Shown here one piece after another: positions 48,690 through 60,049 of a stretch of 64,000 nucleotides of DNA. Location: NCBI RefSeq assembly GCF_026571515.1, contig NW_026861419.1:124001-188000 (forward strand), in the 5' to 3' direction. Numbering within the stretch: position 1 is the stretch's first letter; the number at the start of each line of letters is the position of its first letter. A program made the translations under genes and the position numbers. The notes beneath the pieces were generated by a model. The model was not told where the DNA came from. It worked only from the letters and a program-made list of their open reading frames with translations, and ran no database searches. The stretch comes from Ruditapes philippinarum. Lineage: Eukaryota.

Positions 48690-50255
48690 GTGCAAATACG
48701 AAAATGAAAATATGCATTTTATTTCTAATAAATAATTGTTCTCTATATATCCAAATATAGTTTATTAATAAATCTACGTGATCAACATTGTTCACTATAA
48801 AAATATTGCTAAACTCACGTAAGTAATTTCTATTAGATTTTTAATTGGTCATCAGCGTTTTACTGTGTTGTAAGATAATATTACATTTATTGTATTTACT
48901 AACATTGTAAAAACATTTCTAGACATACTTTTCTATATATATCCAATATAAGTGGTCAGCTATTTTCATTGTAAGTTTAACTGGTCAGCAGATTCTTCTA
49001 TACGTTTAACTGGTCATCAGTTTTTTGCATGACGTACAGTACGTTGAATCTGACCATATAGAATAAGAAGAAAATACGGCAAAAAAACACTTAAGCAATT
49101 TATTTTATATCTTAGTTGCTCAGCAGTGGTTTTATTGGTTTCCGAGATGTGGAATCTGTTATTTACTAACATAACAATATTAATTAGAAATTCACGGCAT
49201 TACATATTTCTTTATATATATCTAATTGGTCAGCAGTTTTCATTGTAAGTGTAACTGGTCAACAGATTCTACAATATGTTTTACTGGTCAACAGTTCTAC
49301 AATAGCCGATTCTACTATACATGTGTACGTTTAACTGGTCAGCATAATGCACAATACGTTAAACCTACTGACCATATAGTATAAGAAGAAAATATGGCAT
49401 AAACCACAAAGCAATTGCAAGATGTAATATTTACTAACATTGCAGAATGAATTAGTATTTCACGATAAATTTCATTTACCTCTATACATCACTTTCTCAG
49501 TGTTGAGCTAAAATCACTTTGGCTATATATACGCTATAAAACAGGTGGGCACCGAATTTAGTATATCTTAAATTGCCAGCAATGTTTTCTTTATTCAATC
49601 ACATTTATTTACTATCTCTAAGAAATATAAAAGCGCTCTGTTCACCAAGTACCAAAAATGACCCCATCATAGATATGGTGTAAAGCCTAAAGTTGTATAT
49701 AAGAACGAGCGTCAATTCAGTACGAAGTTGCTAATTGGATATTCGAACAACCAACGGTAGTTGGTTTTTTCGTAATCCCCAACTTCACACCAGCAGGTAT
49801 TCGATAATCCGAACTTGGCACGTTTTCAAGTAAAAAAAAATATAATGGATATATAGCAAGATAGATGTATTCTTCAACATTGAAACACCTTGTCTCACTT
49901 TATCCACCAGGGGAATCAGTTGGTTATAGTAGAATATGCTGACCAGTTAAACATATAGTGAGCATTGCTGATCATTTGTATCAATTATATAGAGAAAATT
50001 ATGTTTTGACGTAAATTTCTTATTTTTTAACAATGTTAGTAATAAAACAAAATCTATTTCTTACAAAATAATAAAACCACTGATGACCAATTATAATTTA
50101 ATAGTTATTACTTTAGTGATTTTAGCAATATTTTTATAGTGCCCAGTGCTGACCAGTTGGAGTTATTAATGAACCATCATTGAATTGTCGAGTAAACTTA
50201 CGTACTACTGACCAGTTGAATATAAGGAATCTTTCCACTTTGTATTTTACACAGA
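48690..50255. repeat. Foldback-like element with long diverged inverted arms rich in AACTGGTCAGCA
   Basis: 48765-48915 is the reverse complement of 50025-50170; the motif is mostly forward on the left and reversed on the right. Confidence 0.7.
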
Positions 50256-50719
50256 CTGTCCAAATTTACATAATCATCATTATCATTTTCCATTTCAAAA
50301 TTTTATTTCTGTACATATTTTTGTAACATGATATTTGAATATAATTTGTTTGTCTTTAAATAATAAACAATTATTTTAACATTTTTGCATCATTTAAATA
50401 TCAATATAACATCATTTTCATCTGAAATCTTTCGACTTTATCTAAGTTTTACACAGTTTATTAAATTTTCCATGTAGGTATAACTCTATAAGTATTTGCC
50501 TTAACTTTGGATATAAAAATGTTACCTATTAATTTATAATTTTATTTAGACGTGTTAAGCAAAGTAAAAAGAAAAAAGACCCCCCCCCTCCCCCTAGAAA
50601 TTTATTTAAAAAAGTAAAATTATTTTCTCATACTCTATATCGTCAGCTTTTTCGTCAGCAGTTTACAGCCGCCCAATCAGATACAAAAAAGGATGTGAGC
50701 ATTTGAACCGGAAGCTGTT

Positions 50720-51035
50720 AGTCGACAATGCGACAACGCGATGGCAACAGTACGATAGCGCGATGACGACAGTACGAAAATGCGATGACGACAATGCGAT
50801 TATGCGATGACGACAGTGCGATAATGTTATGGCGAAATAACGATACCGCGATGGCGACAACGCGATAGTTTTATCGCACTACCGTATTGTCCCCATCGCA
50901 TTATCGCTCTGTCATCATCGCGTTATCGCACTGTCGCCAACGAATTATCGCACTGTTGTTATCGCATTGTCGCACTATCGCTTTGTCGTCATCGCACTGT
51001 CGTATTGTCGTCTTCGTACTATCTCATTGTCGCCC
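50720..51035. repeat. Inverted pair of CpG-rich minisatellite arms (GCGATGACGACAAT-like)
   Basis: Forward units 50723-50868, reverse units 50872-51035. Confidence 0.8.
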
Positions 51036-52349
51036 TCTGGATTATAAAGAACATGTATAACCAGGTTGGCCCTAACGGTATTCCGAAAAATAGAGCAAAT
51101 GATTTAGGTTTTGTGGAGTTGTTGTAAGTTCAAACATAAATATGGTTGTATAAAATCTATTTATTTAAAGTCAGGTAGTTTAAATTTAAATGCTTTACTA
51201 ACTTAAAGTTTATTTTGTATGTTTATTGATGTAAATAATTATCCACTGCTTAAACGATTAACACACATAATACATGTACATGTATTTTCATTTGTTGCAT
51301 GCCCGTAACAATTATACTACCGTGTGTGGCATCTTTGGTGTTATAGTTTAGATAACTACATGTATATCTAAAAAAAACTCAGGAGTTTACTTTGGTTTGA
51401 AAATTGGAAAATATACACAAGTATAAAGAGTGAAATTTATACCAAAAAAATGCAGTTAAAATATACAGAGACCTGAATGGTTCTTGAGAATTACGTATGC
51501 ACTTGAAACACTATTTTACCTTCTTTTCATATACTTTTACAGTCTCTTGCTGTATAGTGAGAGTCCCTCCGAGGGTTAAATACAAGAATCGTTCAGATAA
51601 TTCTACAAGCAAACTATTTTCTATGTTAAAAGTAAGATATCTTACCCTCATATTTTATAGAGACCCCAAGTTCAAAATCAGTATGGTTCCCAAAATTCAA
51701 AATGGCCACCAAAATGGCGGCTGAATTTTATTAAATATTCACATACTCGTATATCTATGTTGAAATTACCATAATAGGATATTCTAATCAATTTTGTTAA
51801 ATATGAACATTGTAAATGGATTGTTTTCTAACATATATTGATTTTTTGTTCATGAAAAAGAAATATTTAATAACAAATTTTAGCCATTCTTTAGTTGAAA
51901 ATGTATAAAAAAAAAAAGAATTTATTACCAAATACAAAGTTTCACTTTTACTAGTGCTTTAAATGAGCCTTTCAGTGAATCAAACTAGTTTATGATATAT
52001 TTTGCCATTTTACAAAAGTTTGCTACACCTATGGATTTTCTTTGTTTTACTTGAAAAGTGGGTGGGGTAAACAGACTCGATTGCAAATAATGGTAATGAC
52101 ACACACTGCATCTGTGCAATCCCAACATAATCACTTTAGTGAAAAAAATATATTTAAAATCATACTGATGTTTGGCTATATTGCAGATTTATTAATAAAA
52201 AAAGTACAATTTCTCATTTTATATATTTGATTTAAGATAAAGGACACAAAACAAAATATTATTCCTTTTCGTTGGTACCTATGACATCATTTTCTAAAGT
52301 TGTTCAGATTCAATTGAAGGTTTTGTTGTTTTCATTTAGAAAAATCAGA

Positions 52350-52900
52350 CAAATTTTGATTAAATTCTGATAGCTGATTCATTTTCTTAAACATTATACC
52401 AGATTGCTCACAAGAGTATTCCAGCTACCAAAATAAGAACGTATTGCAAAAAAAAAAAAGAAACCATGGTTCAACGATGAATGTAAAAAAGCCGTAAGTA
52501 AATAGAAAGATTCTCTTTAAAAATTCGAGCAATGTCCAACATCCCAAAACCTTAAAAACCATGGAATATTACGAGCTAAAACTTGTAGACCAATTCGTCA
52601 ATATCCTTATAGATATGCAGTTATTCAAAAACATATTCCACTGTTCAATTTAAATCCAATAATGGTAAGATGCAAAAACAAAAAAGTTGATTAAAGAAAG
52701 CATTAGCAAAAACATTTGCAAAATAATAACAATAATAATAATAAAAAATAAAAAAAACAACTTTTTTCTAATAATTACTCAAAGGAGTTTCTATTATCAG
52801 AAAAAGGAAGGAAAAGAAGAAGTAAGATAGCAGAGATATTTCCAGACGGCACTAACAGTATGGCATTGACAAAAGACAATTATTTATGCTTAATAGCTTT
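52350..52900 (+). mobile_element. Highly decayed LINE fragment (clade uncertain)
   Basis: KPWFNDECKKAV and ALAKTFA motifs. Confidence 0.5.
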
Positions 52901-53019
52901 TAAAGAGAATGAATAATTTATTTTCGTTTGAGCAAACGAATTAGAAAATAAATGTTTTTATTCTTGGTAGAGCTATTGAGTTATGCTGTAATATATAGTA
53001 ACAGTGTAAAGATTTGTTG

Positions 53020-53478
53020 CACGAGATTTTCGTGCATTAACAAAGCGTATGATATTTCGATACTGGTTTCCCGGGGTTACTAAGTACTGATAGGATAAAC
53101 TCAAAGTCACACCAAATAAATTAATAAGATTCGTTCTGAATCTTGGTTATAGGTCCCATATTGATAATGAACACTTTAAAATTTAAAATTGGTTGCCTTT
53201 CCAAAAAAGAGTCGATCAAAATATCCTCTATAATGTTTTTAATATAAAACGTGGACTTGCCCCTGAATATATGGGATAAAACTTTATTCCCTTAGATTCT
53301 GTTCATACTTACATGACCAGGTCAAGTGAAAATGGGTGTTTTATGCTACCTAAGGTCAAAGATTCCGGATCAAAGTCTGCTGCTTACAGTGGATGTGTAT
53401 TGTGGAATAAATTACCCTCTTCTATAAGGATGGAATCAAAATTGTACAATTTTAAATTATATGTTATAAAACACTTGG
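53020..53478 (+). mobile_element. L2/CR1-group LINE ORF2 C-terminal fragment
   Basis: NKLIRFVLNL, GLAPEYM, HTYMTRS, YSGCVLWNKLPSSIR. Confidence 0.75.
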
Positions 53479-53479
53479 A

Positions 53480-55300
53480 AAGTGGGACGTGATCACACTA
53501 GTAAGAAAACAAATTGCAGATACTGTGGATATGAATATCCTCATAAATCAGGAAAATGCCCAGCAAGTGTTAAGACATGCACCTTTTGCTCGAGGAAAAA
53601 ACATTTTGAAGCAGTCTGCCTCTCAAAGAAAAAGGACAGAAGTTTCATGTTCAATCTGAATGATCAAAGAAAAAGGACAGAAGTTTCATGTTCAATCTGA
53701 ATGATAGCTTACAAAGTGAAAGTGATAAGGACAAAGAAAGCGAAGATGAACGAAATATATGGACGATTTGTCAATTCTATGCAATTACAAAGACAAAAGC
53801 TGAAGGTGCATATCAACAAATGTACAATTAAAACATTAATTGATAAGGGATCATCAATAAATGTACTTGACGAACACACGTACTAAAAGCTTCAAAATCA
53901 AGTTCATCTTAAGAAAGCACACAGCAAAGTCTTTGCATACGGTAGTTACCTTATTAGGCAATCCAAGCACGAATTAAATCTAAAAACAAAATAACAACAA
54001 CATTAGTATATGTGACAAAAGGCAGCAGTGGTATCTTCTCTCTTCTCAGACATATGTTGACCTAAATATTATTCCAGAAATAAACACAGTCACAGACAGC
54101 AAGGTCGATGAACTAAAAAGTACCAATCCCGTGTCCACAGGCATGGGGGAAATAAAAGCAACAAAAGTCAAACTTTATGTGGATAAAAATGTTCAACTAG
54201 TTACACAACAACATAGACGAATACATTTTCACTTAAGAAAACAAGTTGAAAATGAGCTGCAGAGGTTTGAAGACCTAGATATCATTGAAAAAGTTGAGGG
54301 TCCACAGACTGGGTATCACCCATTGTAGTAGCTCCAAAGGGTTAGGGTTAGCAACCAAATAAGGATATGTTTCGACATGAGGCTACCGAATCAAGCCATA
54401 AAGCGCACAAGACATATTATCCCAACAATTGATGACATGATTGTGGACTCAAGTGGTGCCAAAGTTTTCTCTAAACTAGATTTAAATCATGGATATCACC
54501 AATTAGAACTGCCAGAGGTATCACGCAACATTACAACAGTTACAACACCGATATAAACGCCTCAGTTTCGGAATCAATAGTGCAGCAGAAATATTCCAAA
54601 ATGTTTTAAGTACGGCTCTAAAAGGTCTAAACGGCGTTAGAAACATTTCAAATGATGTCATTATATGGGCTGGCGACCAAGCGGAACATGACAGAAGACA
54701 TGAGGCAGTGTTAAAGAGACTTGAGCAGAAAAACTTAGCTTTGAATAAAAGCAAATGTGAGTTTAATAAGCAGAAACCTTTTTGGGTAAATTTTCAGTAA
54801 AGATGGAATGTCAGCAGACTCTAAAAAGTTGAAACAATTAAAAAGACACAGCCTCCAAAAACAGTTTCACAGAAGTCGGAAGTTTCCTAGCAATGACAAA
54901 TTACGTGTCACGCTTTATCCAAAATAACAGCACTATAGCAGAGCTAATACGTCGTCTAATAAAGAAAAATGCAAAATGGACATGGCGAAATAAACAAGTG
55001 GAAGCATTTATCAAACTGAAATCTATTTTGAGAAGTGATACAGTCATGACATACTTTGATCCTAATAAGAAAACACAAATAGTCACAGACAGATGCATCT
55101 CCCGTGGGCGTGGCAGCAATTATGCTCCAAGAAGGTAAAGTTGTGTGTTATGCAAGCTGATCCCTGACAGATTTTGAACGAAGCTTTAACAGTCAATGCA
55201 ACAAGAGAAACAAAACTTAGCATTAGTTTGGTAATTAGAACATTGGCATATATACTTACTTGTATTTGGACATAAATTCACAGTCACAACTGATGCAAAA
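53480..55300 (+). mobile_element. Decayed Gypsy (Mag/K02A2.6-like) gag-PR-RT-RH fragment
   Basis: Double knuckle CRYCG..H..C / CTFC..HFEAVC, LIDKGSSIN, WVSPIVVAPK, FSKLDLNHGYHQ, YKRLSFGINSAAEIFQ, DASPVG; perfect 41-bp tandem duplication 53624-53705. Confidence 0.9.
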
Positions 55301-55309
55301 AGCAAAAGC

Positions 55310-56311
55310 TCTCAAAATTTATTCGAATATGTCGATTCATTTATAGTAAAAGAACCAAACATACTGTCTGATCACTGTGAAATTGACTTCTCTTTTATAT
55401 TTAAAAAGTCAGATAATTTAAATTTTACAAATAATGTAAATGAGAATGAGAATATAAATTATAAATATACATGGTATAATGAGAAAGCCGGAGAATATAT
55501 AGAGCGGCTGTCTGCACACGATACTAAATCGAAATTTGATGTTTTTATGCAGAATATTGACAATTGTATATGTAACAATGATATTGATTCTTGTTTAAAT
55601 GAATTCACCAATATTGTTGATGATGTTGTCACCCTTTTATTTAAATGTAGAACAGAACGTATAGTCTCTGTTAATAGTGTTGACTCAGGCCTGTCCTGGT
55701 ACTCTGTAGAATGTGACGAGAAACGCAGATTGTTTTATGCGGCCTTAAATTTGTATAGAAATGATAAATCAGACATAAATAGGCAGAGTATGAATAAAGC
55801 CAGGTCTGAGTTTAAATCTTGTTTGAGAAATGCTAGATATAGATATGATAAATATGAAACTGAAAAGCTAGTCAATGCAAAATACACAAATGCAAAACTT
55901 TATTGGAAAATGTTAAAAAAATGTGCTGGTATTAGTGACACAAATATTTCACTTGATATTTTTGAACAATATTTTAAATCGGTAAATAATCCCGATGATC
56001 GTTTTTTTTAGTCCAGATGAAGATATTTTGCATTTTATAAACAGATATGAAACAGATATGTTCAATATTATGTTTAATGAGTTAAACATACCATTTTCGA
56101 CAGACAGTTTATTGCAAGCTATTAATCAATTAAGTCCAAATAAGGCCGGCGGCCCGGATTTATATATCAATGAATTATTTATGCATGGTAAACATATATT
56201 AGTCCCTATCTTGTTGAAGTTATTTAACAGAATATTTGAAATAGGTTATTTTCCAGAAAATTGGTCAGAAGGATTTGTTTTTCCATTACATAAAAAAGGT
56301 AGTATTAACAA
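55310..56311 (+). mobile_element. RTE-X-like LINE fragment (end of endonuclease to start of RT)
   Basis: LSDHC, WYSVEC, YWKMLK, NKAGGPD, PENWSEGFVFPLHKKG; cut off at 56311. Confidence 0.8.
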
Positions 56312-59271
56312 GGGGAGGAATCACGCCGTTCGTTACCCAAACAAACAAGATGGTGGATGCAACCAAAAAGTAGGTTTTTCCCTTTTTTCTCTGAAATTCG
56401 TGATGTTCTTGTGTAAAGGTACATATAACAACCTTCTCCACAATTTTCCTGGCACACAGAAATTTATTTCATGAAGTTTCGTCCCGTACTTCTTCTGAAA
56501 TGCGCGTCACCAGATTCGAAGCGAGAGAATTTTCCACAGGTTTGATCGTGGTAACGTACGGCTTCTTCTCTAAAATTCACTGTTTTGTTTACATATATGT
56601 ATATTAACTGAAATCACTGACATTAAAAGTTGTAATATGTCGGCATCTAAGCATTCATGCCCATTCTGGCTAGAATAACCGCTGACAATATTAAAATCGG
56701 GGCATTTTCCGGAAATGATAACGTATGGCGCACAAAATATCAATGATAACGTACGGCGCATTTTTGTCTGCTTAATTGATTTTCTATATAAGAGAAAAGT
56801 TATGTTACCTGTTACCAGACATAAGAGGATGTGTAGAACCAAATAAAGAAACTGATTATTATTTAGTTTTTGCATAATATCTGTCAAGACTGTCATGTGT
56901 TTTTGTATCGGATAGAAATATCCGATCCAAGGGCTCTTTCGCATTGGGCTGTAACGAGTCTTGCTAACTTAAGCCCTTGTGCAGGTGCCAGTGGAATGGA
57001 TATTAAAATCCGATAGGTAATCACGAGTGATATGTTTTCTTGCATATCATACTCGAATATAGAGCAACTTTTCCACCTTTAGTGATCTTAAAGTTTCGTC
57101 AAAAGTGAAACTTGATCCCAAATTTCAAATATCTATGTATATGTTAGTGCTCATCCGTACTGTTCTATAGAAATTATAGATTTTGACGGGAGCGATAGCG
57201 ACAGAAGGATGTTTTAATTTCTGTAGAACAGCTACGGATGAATACTAACATACTAAGCGTCAAGCTTTTTTGGCACTTTATTACGTCACTATGCTGTTCT
57301 ATGAATTATTATGAAAATGAGAAATCGACTATGAACGGAATTCGATAAAGTGTCGTCTTTTGTTCTTCAATGAAAATTAACGCACAGATTTTCTTTTAGA
57401 AATACAGCGCTTTCATTGGGTAAGAAATAAATTTGGACACTACATAAACTTCTATTTTTCATAGTACTTCATAGAAATGTGTTCGTAAAATAGACAAGTA
57501 TAGTGACGAAAGAAAGTAAATATTAATGAAGCCAAATAAAGCTTGACACTAAGTATGTTAGTATTCATCCGTAGCTGTTCTACGGAAATAAGAAACATTC
57601 TCCGGCCGCTATCGCTCCTGTCATAGTTTCTAAATTCTGTGGAACAACACAGATGAACACTAACTGATTACTACGCTACTATGATAATATTGTTTACGAA
57701 GTATATGTTACTAACATATACTTCGTAAACACTATTATCATAGTAGCGTAGTAATTTTTACAGCTGTTCTTTCATAAAAATAATGACGTCATCTGAGCGC
57801 ATTCATGAGCGGTCTAGCTTTAATGATTTCAGACGGGTTCTCGGACATGGATAAAACATCGTAATCCAAATCCGATTTGAAACTTTATCATGGTAGGTAA
57901 AATGTTTACCGCAAATTTCAATGACACTCTTTTATTGCTGATATCTGCAATACTATTTTGTAAGAGATTGATTGTTTTTGTTGGGGCGTTTGCGAGAAAA
58001 AAAGCCAAAATATGATAGGCAAATTTATGAATTGGATGTAATTGTTTTGATCAAATCATTTATAATAAAAAACTACGGATATGTCGTGCAAATATATCTG
58101 ACGTCATAGTGGCACAACGTCACGCTAAATAGAAAACGTTTCGTCAAATAAACTGGAAATTTCTTACATAATAAATTTATTGAACTTTTTCGCAAAACAT
58201 TATTTTCTAACTAATCCAATAAATTCAATATAGAAGCTATACTCATTCATTATTCTCTTTTATGAATTTTCTTTTAATGAGCGACCAGATTGTATAAACA
58301 CAGGCTCATCTCATCTGGGTGTAAGCTAGTCGCAATCACTTTTCGTTTTGTTTATGTTTGACGTGGTTCAAATATTAAGATTTTCTTATCAGTAATTTGT
58401 TAAAGTAATTTTGGAAAAGAAAATATATCAAGTCTTCCGTACCATTTTAACATTTTTGCTCTGGTGAATGCATTTCTTCTTTCTGATAAGGGAATAAGAC
58501 CATAACTATCGCACAACACTGGCGAAATTTAATGTGAAGACAACAATACACAAATGTTTCCTAAAAGTGGCGGCTTTTCTTTCCATTCTGCATTTTATAC
58601 AAAAATATTCTCAAACTATAAACGTGTGTTTTACTTGGTATATTTACAACGAATATCTATCATGCCACCAGCTAGAAAGATATTGATACCCGATGGTGCA
58701 GCATTGTTCAATAATTTATTTCTGAAATGACAAACTTTTTGTTTCAAATATCTATCATTTCCTACATACAAATAATTTATTATCAGCTGACTGGACAAAT
58801 AGAAATCCACCAAGTAGAAAAATGCGCCGTACGTTATCATTGATATTTTATACGCCATACGTTATCATTTCCGGAAAATGCCCCGATATTAATATTTACA
58901 CCAGTAAATCTAGCCAAAATGGGCATGAATGCTTACTTGACAACATATTACAAATTTTTAAAGTCAGTGGTTTCAGTTAATATACTTATATGTAAAGAAA
59001 CAGCGAATTTAAGTGAAGAAGCCGTACGTTACCACGATCAAACCGGTGGAAAATTCTCTCGCTTCGAATCTGGTGACGCGCATTTCAGAAGAAGTACGGG
59101 ACGAAACACCATGAATTAAATTTCTGTGTGCCAGGAAAATTGTGTAGAAGGTTGTTATATGTACCTTTACACAAGAACATTATGAATTTCAGAAAAAAAA
59201 GGGAAAAACCTACTTTTTGGCTGCATCCGCCATCTTGTTTGTTTGGGTAACGAACGGCGTGATTCCTCCTC
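56312..59271. mobile_element. Non-autonomous DNA element with TIRs of about 470 bp (Sola2-like GRG..CYC termini)
   Basis: 56312-56780 is the reverse complement of 58800-59271 with scattered mismatches; no transposase ORF; no TSD. Confidence 0.85.
57667..57755. repeat. Near-perfect palindrome: 44-bp arms, 1-nt spacer, 1 mismatch
   Basis: ATTACTACGCTACTATGATAATATTGTTTACGAAGTATATGTTA-C-TAACATATACTTCGTAAACACTATTATCATAGTAGCGTAGTAAT. Confidence 0.95.
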
Positions 59272-60049
59272 GTGATTAGAATAGTCTTTGGTATTGAGTT
59301 TTCAATATAGTATACCACTATTGACCACAGGGGCATGACTTATATTACTTTGTTAAAGGTCCAATAGGTAACATGCAAATATCTTAGTAATGCATTGAAG
59401 CAGTAGTTTCACTCAAGCCGACATTGATCGCTCATCTGAGATGCATTGCTAGAAAAAAATTACTGTTGCTAGAATCAGCAATTAGATCACATTGGGTTTA
59501 TTACTTTTTACCCGAACTGAACAATTTCACGAGTATTTGGAGATGTCTGCAACAAAATGCTACAATTACTAGTTTATGTTCTATGCTCTAGGCATTGTAA
59601 TTTCACACAAGAAGACTTAAAGATCCTGTATGTTGTAATTGAGGTTGTATAACACTCTTAAGTGAAATTATATACATGTATATGTATATACTTATGCTTA
59701 TAAAACAATTTTCAAACAGCAAAAATATGTAATATATATACTGCAAATATTTGTACATATTATATGTAATCATTAAAATATATGCGTAGTCATTAAAATA
59801 TATGCATTCATTTCGTATTGAAAAATTTGACTTAGACTTAAAAGAAAATAAATTTTTATTACCTCCCTTTATTTACATGAAATGTTAAATTCGGTAATAT
59901 CTTTATAAATAATGTTTTTTGGAACTTACAAAAATTGATAAATCTTAATTTGAGCATCATATTTATGATAAAAAAAAAAACATTAAAAAATGGTCTTCCA
60001 GAATCTTTAAATGTAATTTTCATATATGCATGTATAAGTTTACATAAGC

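Noticed and set aside
50663-50860. 65-aa Arg/His-rich ORF
   Set aside because: Translation of a minisatellite.
56570-59336. ORFs 56570..56944, 58919..59119 and 59085..59336 as a transposase or gene pair
   Set aside because: They are translations of the two TIR arms; no DDE motif.
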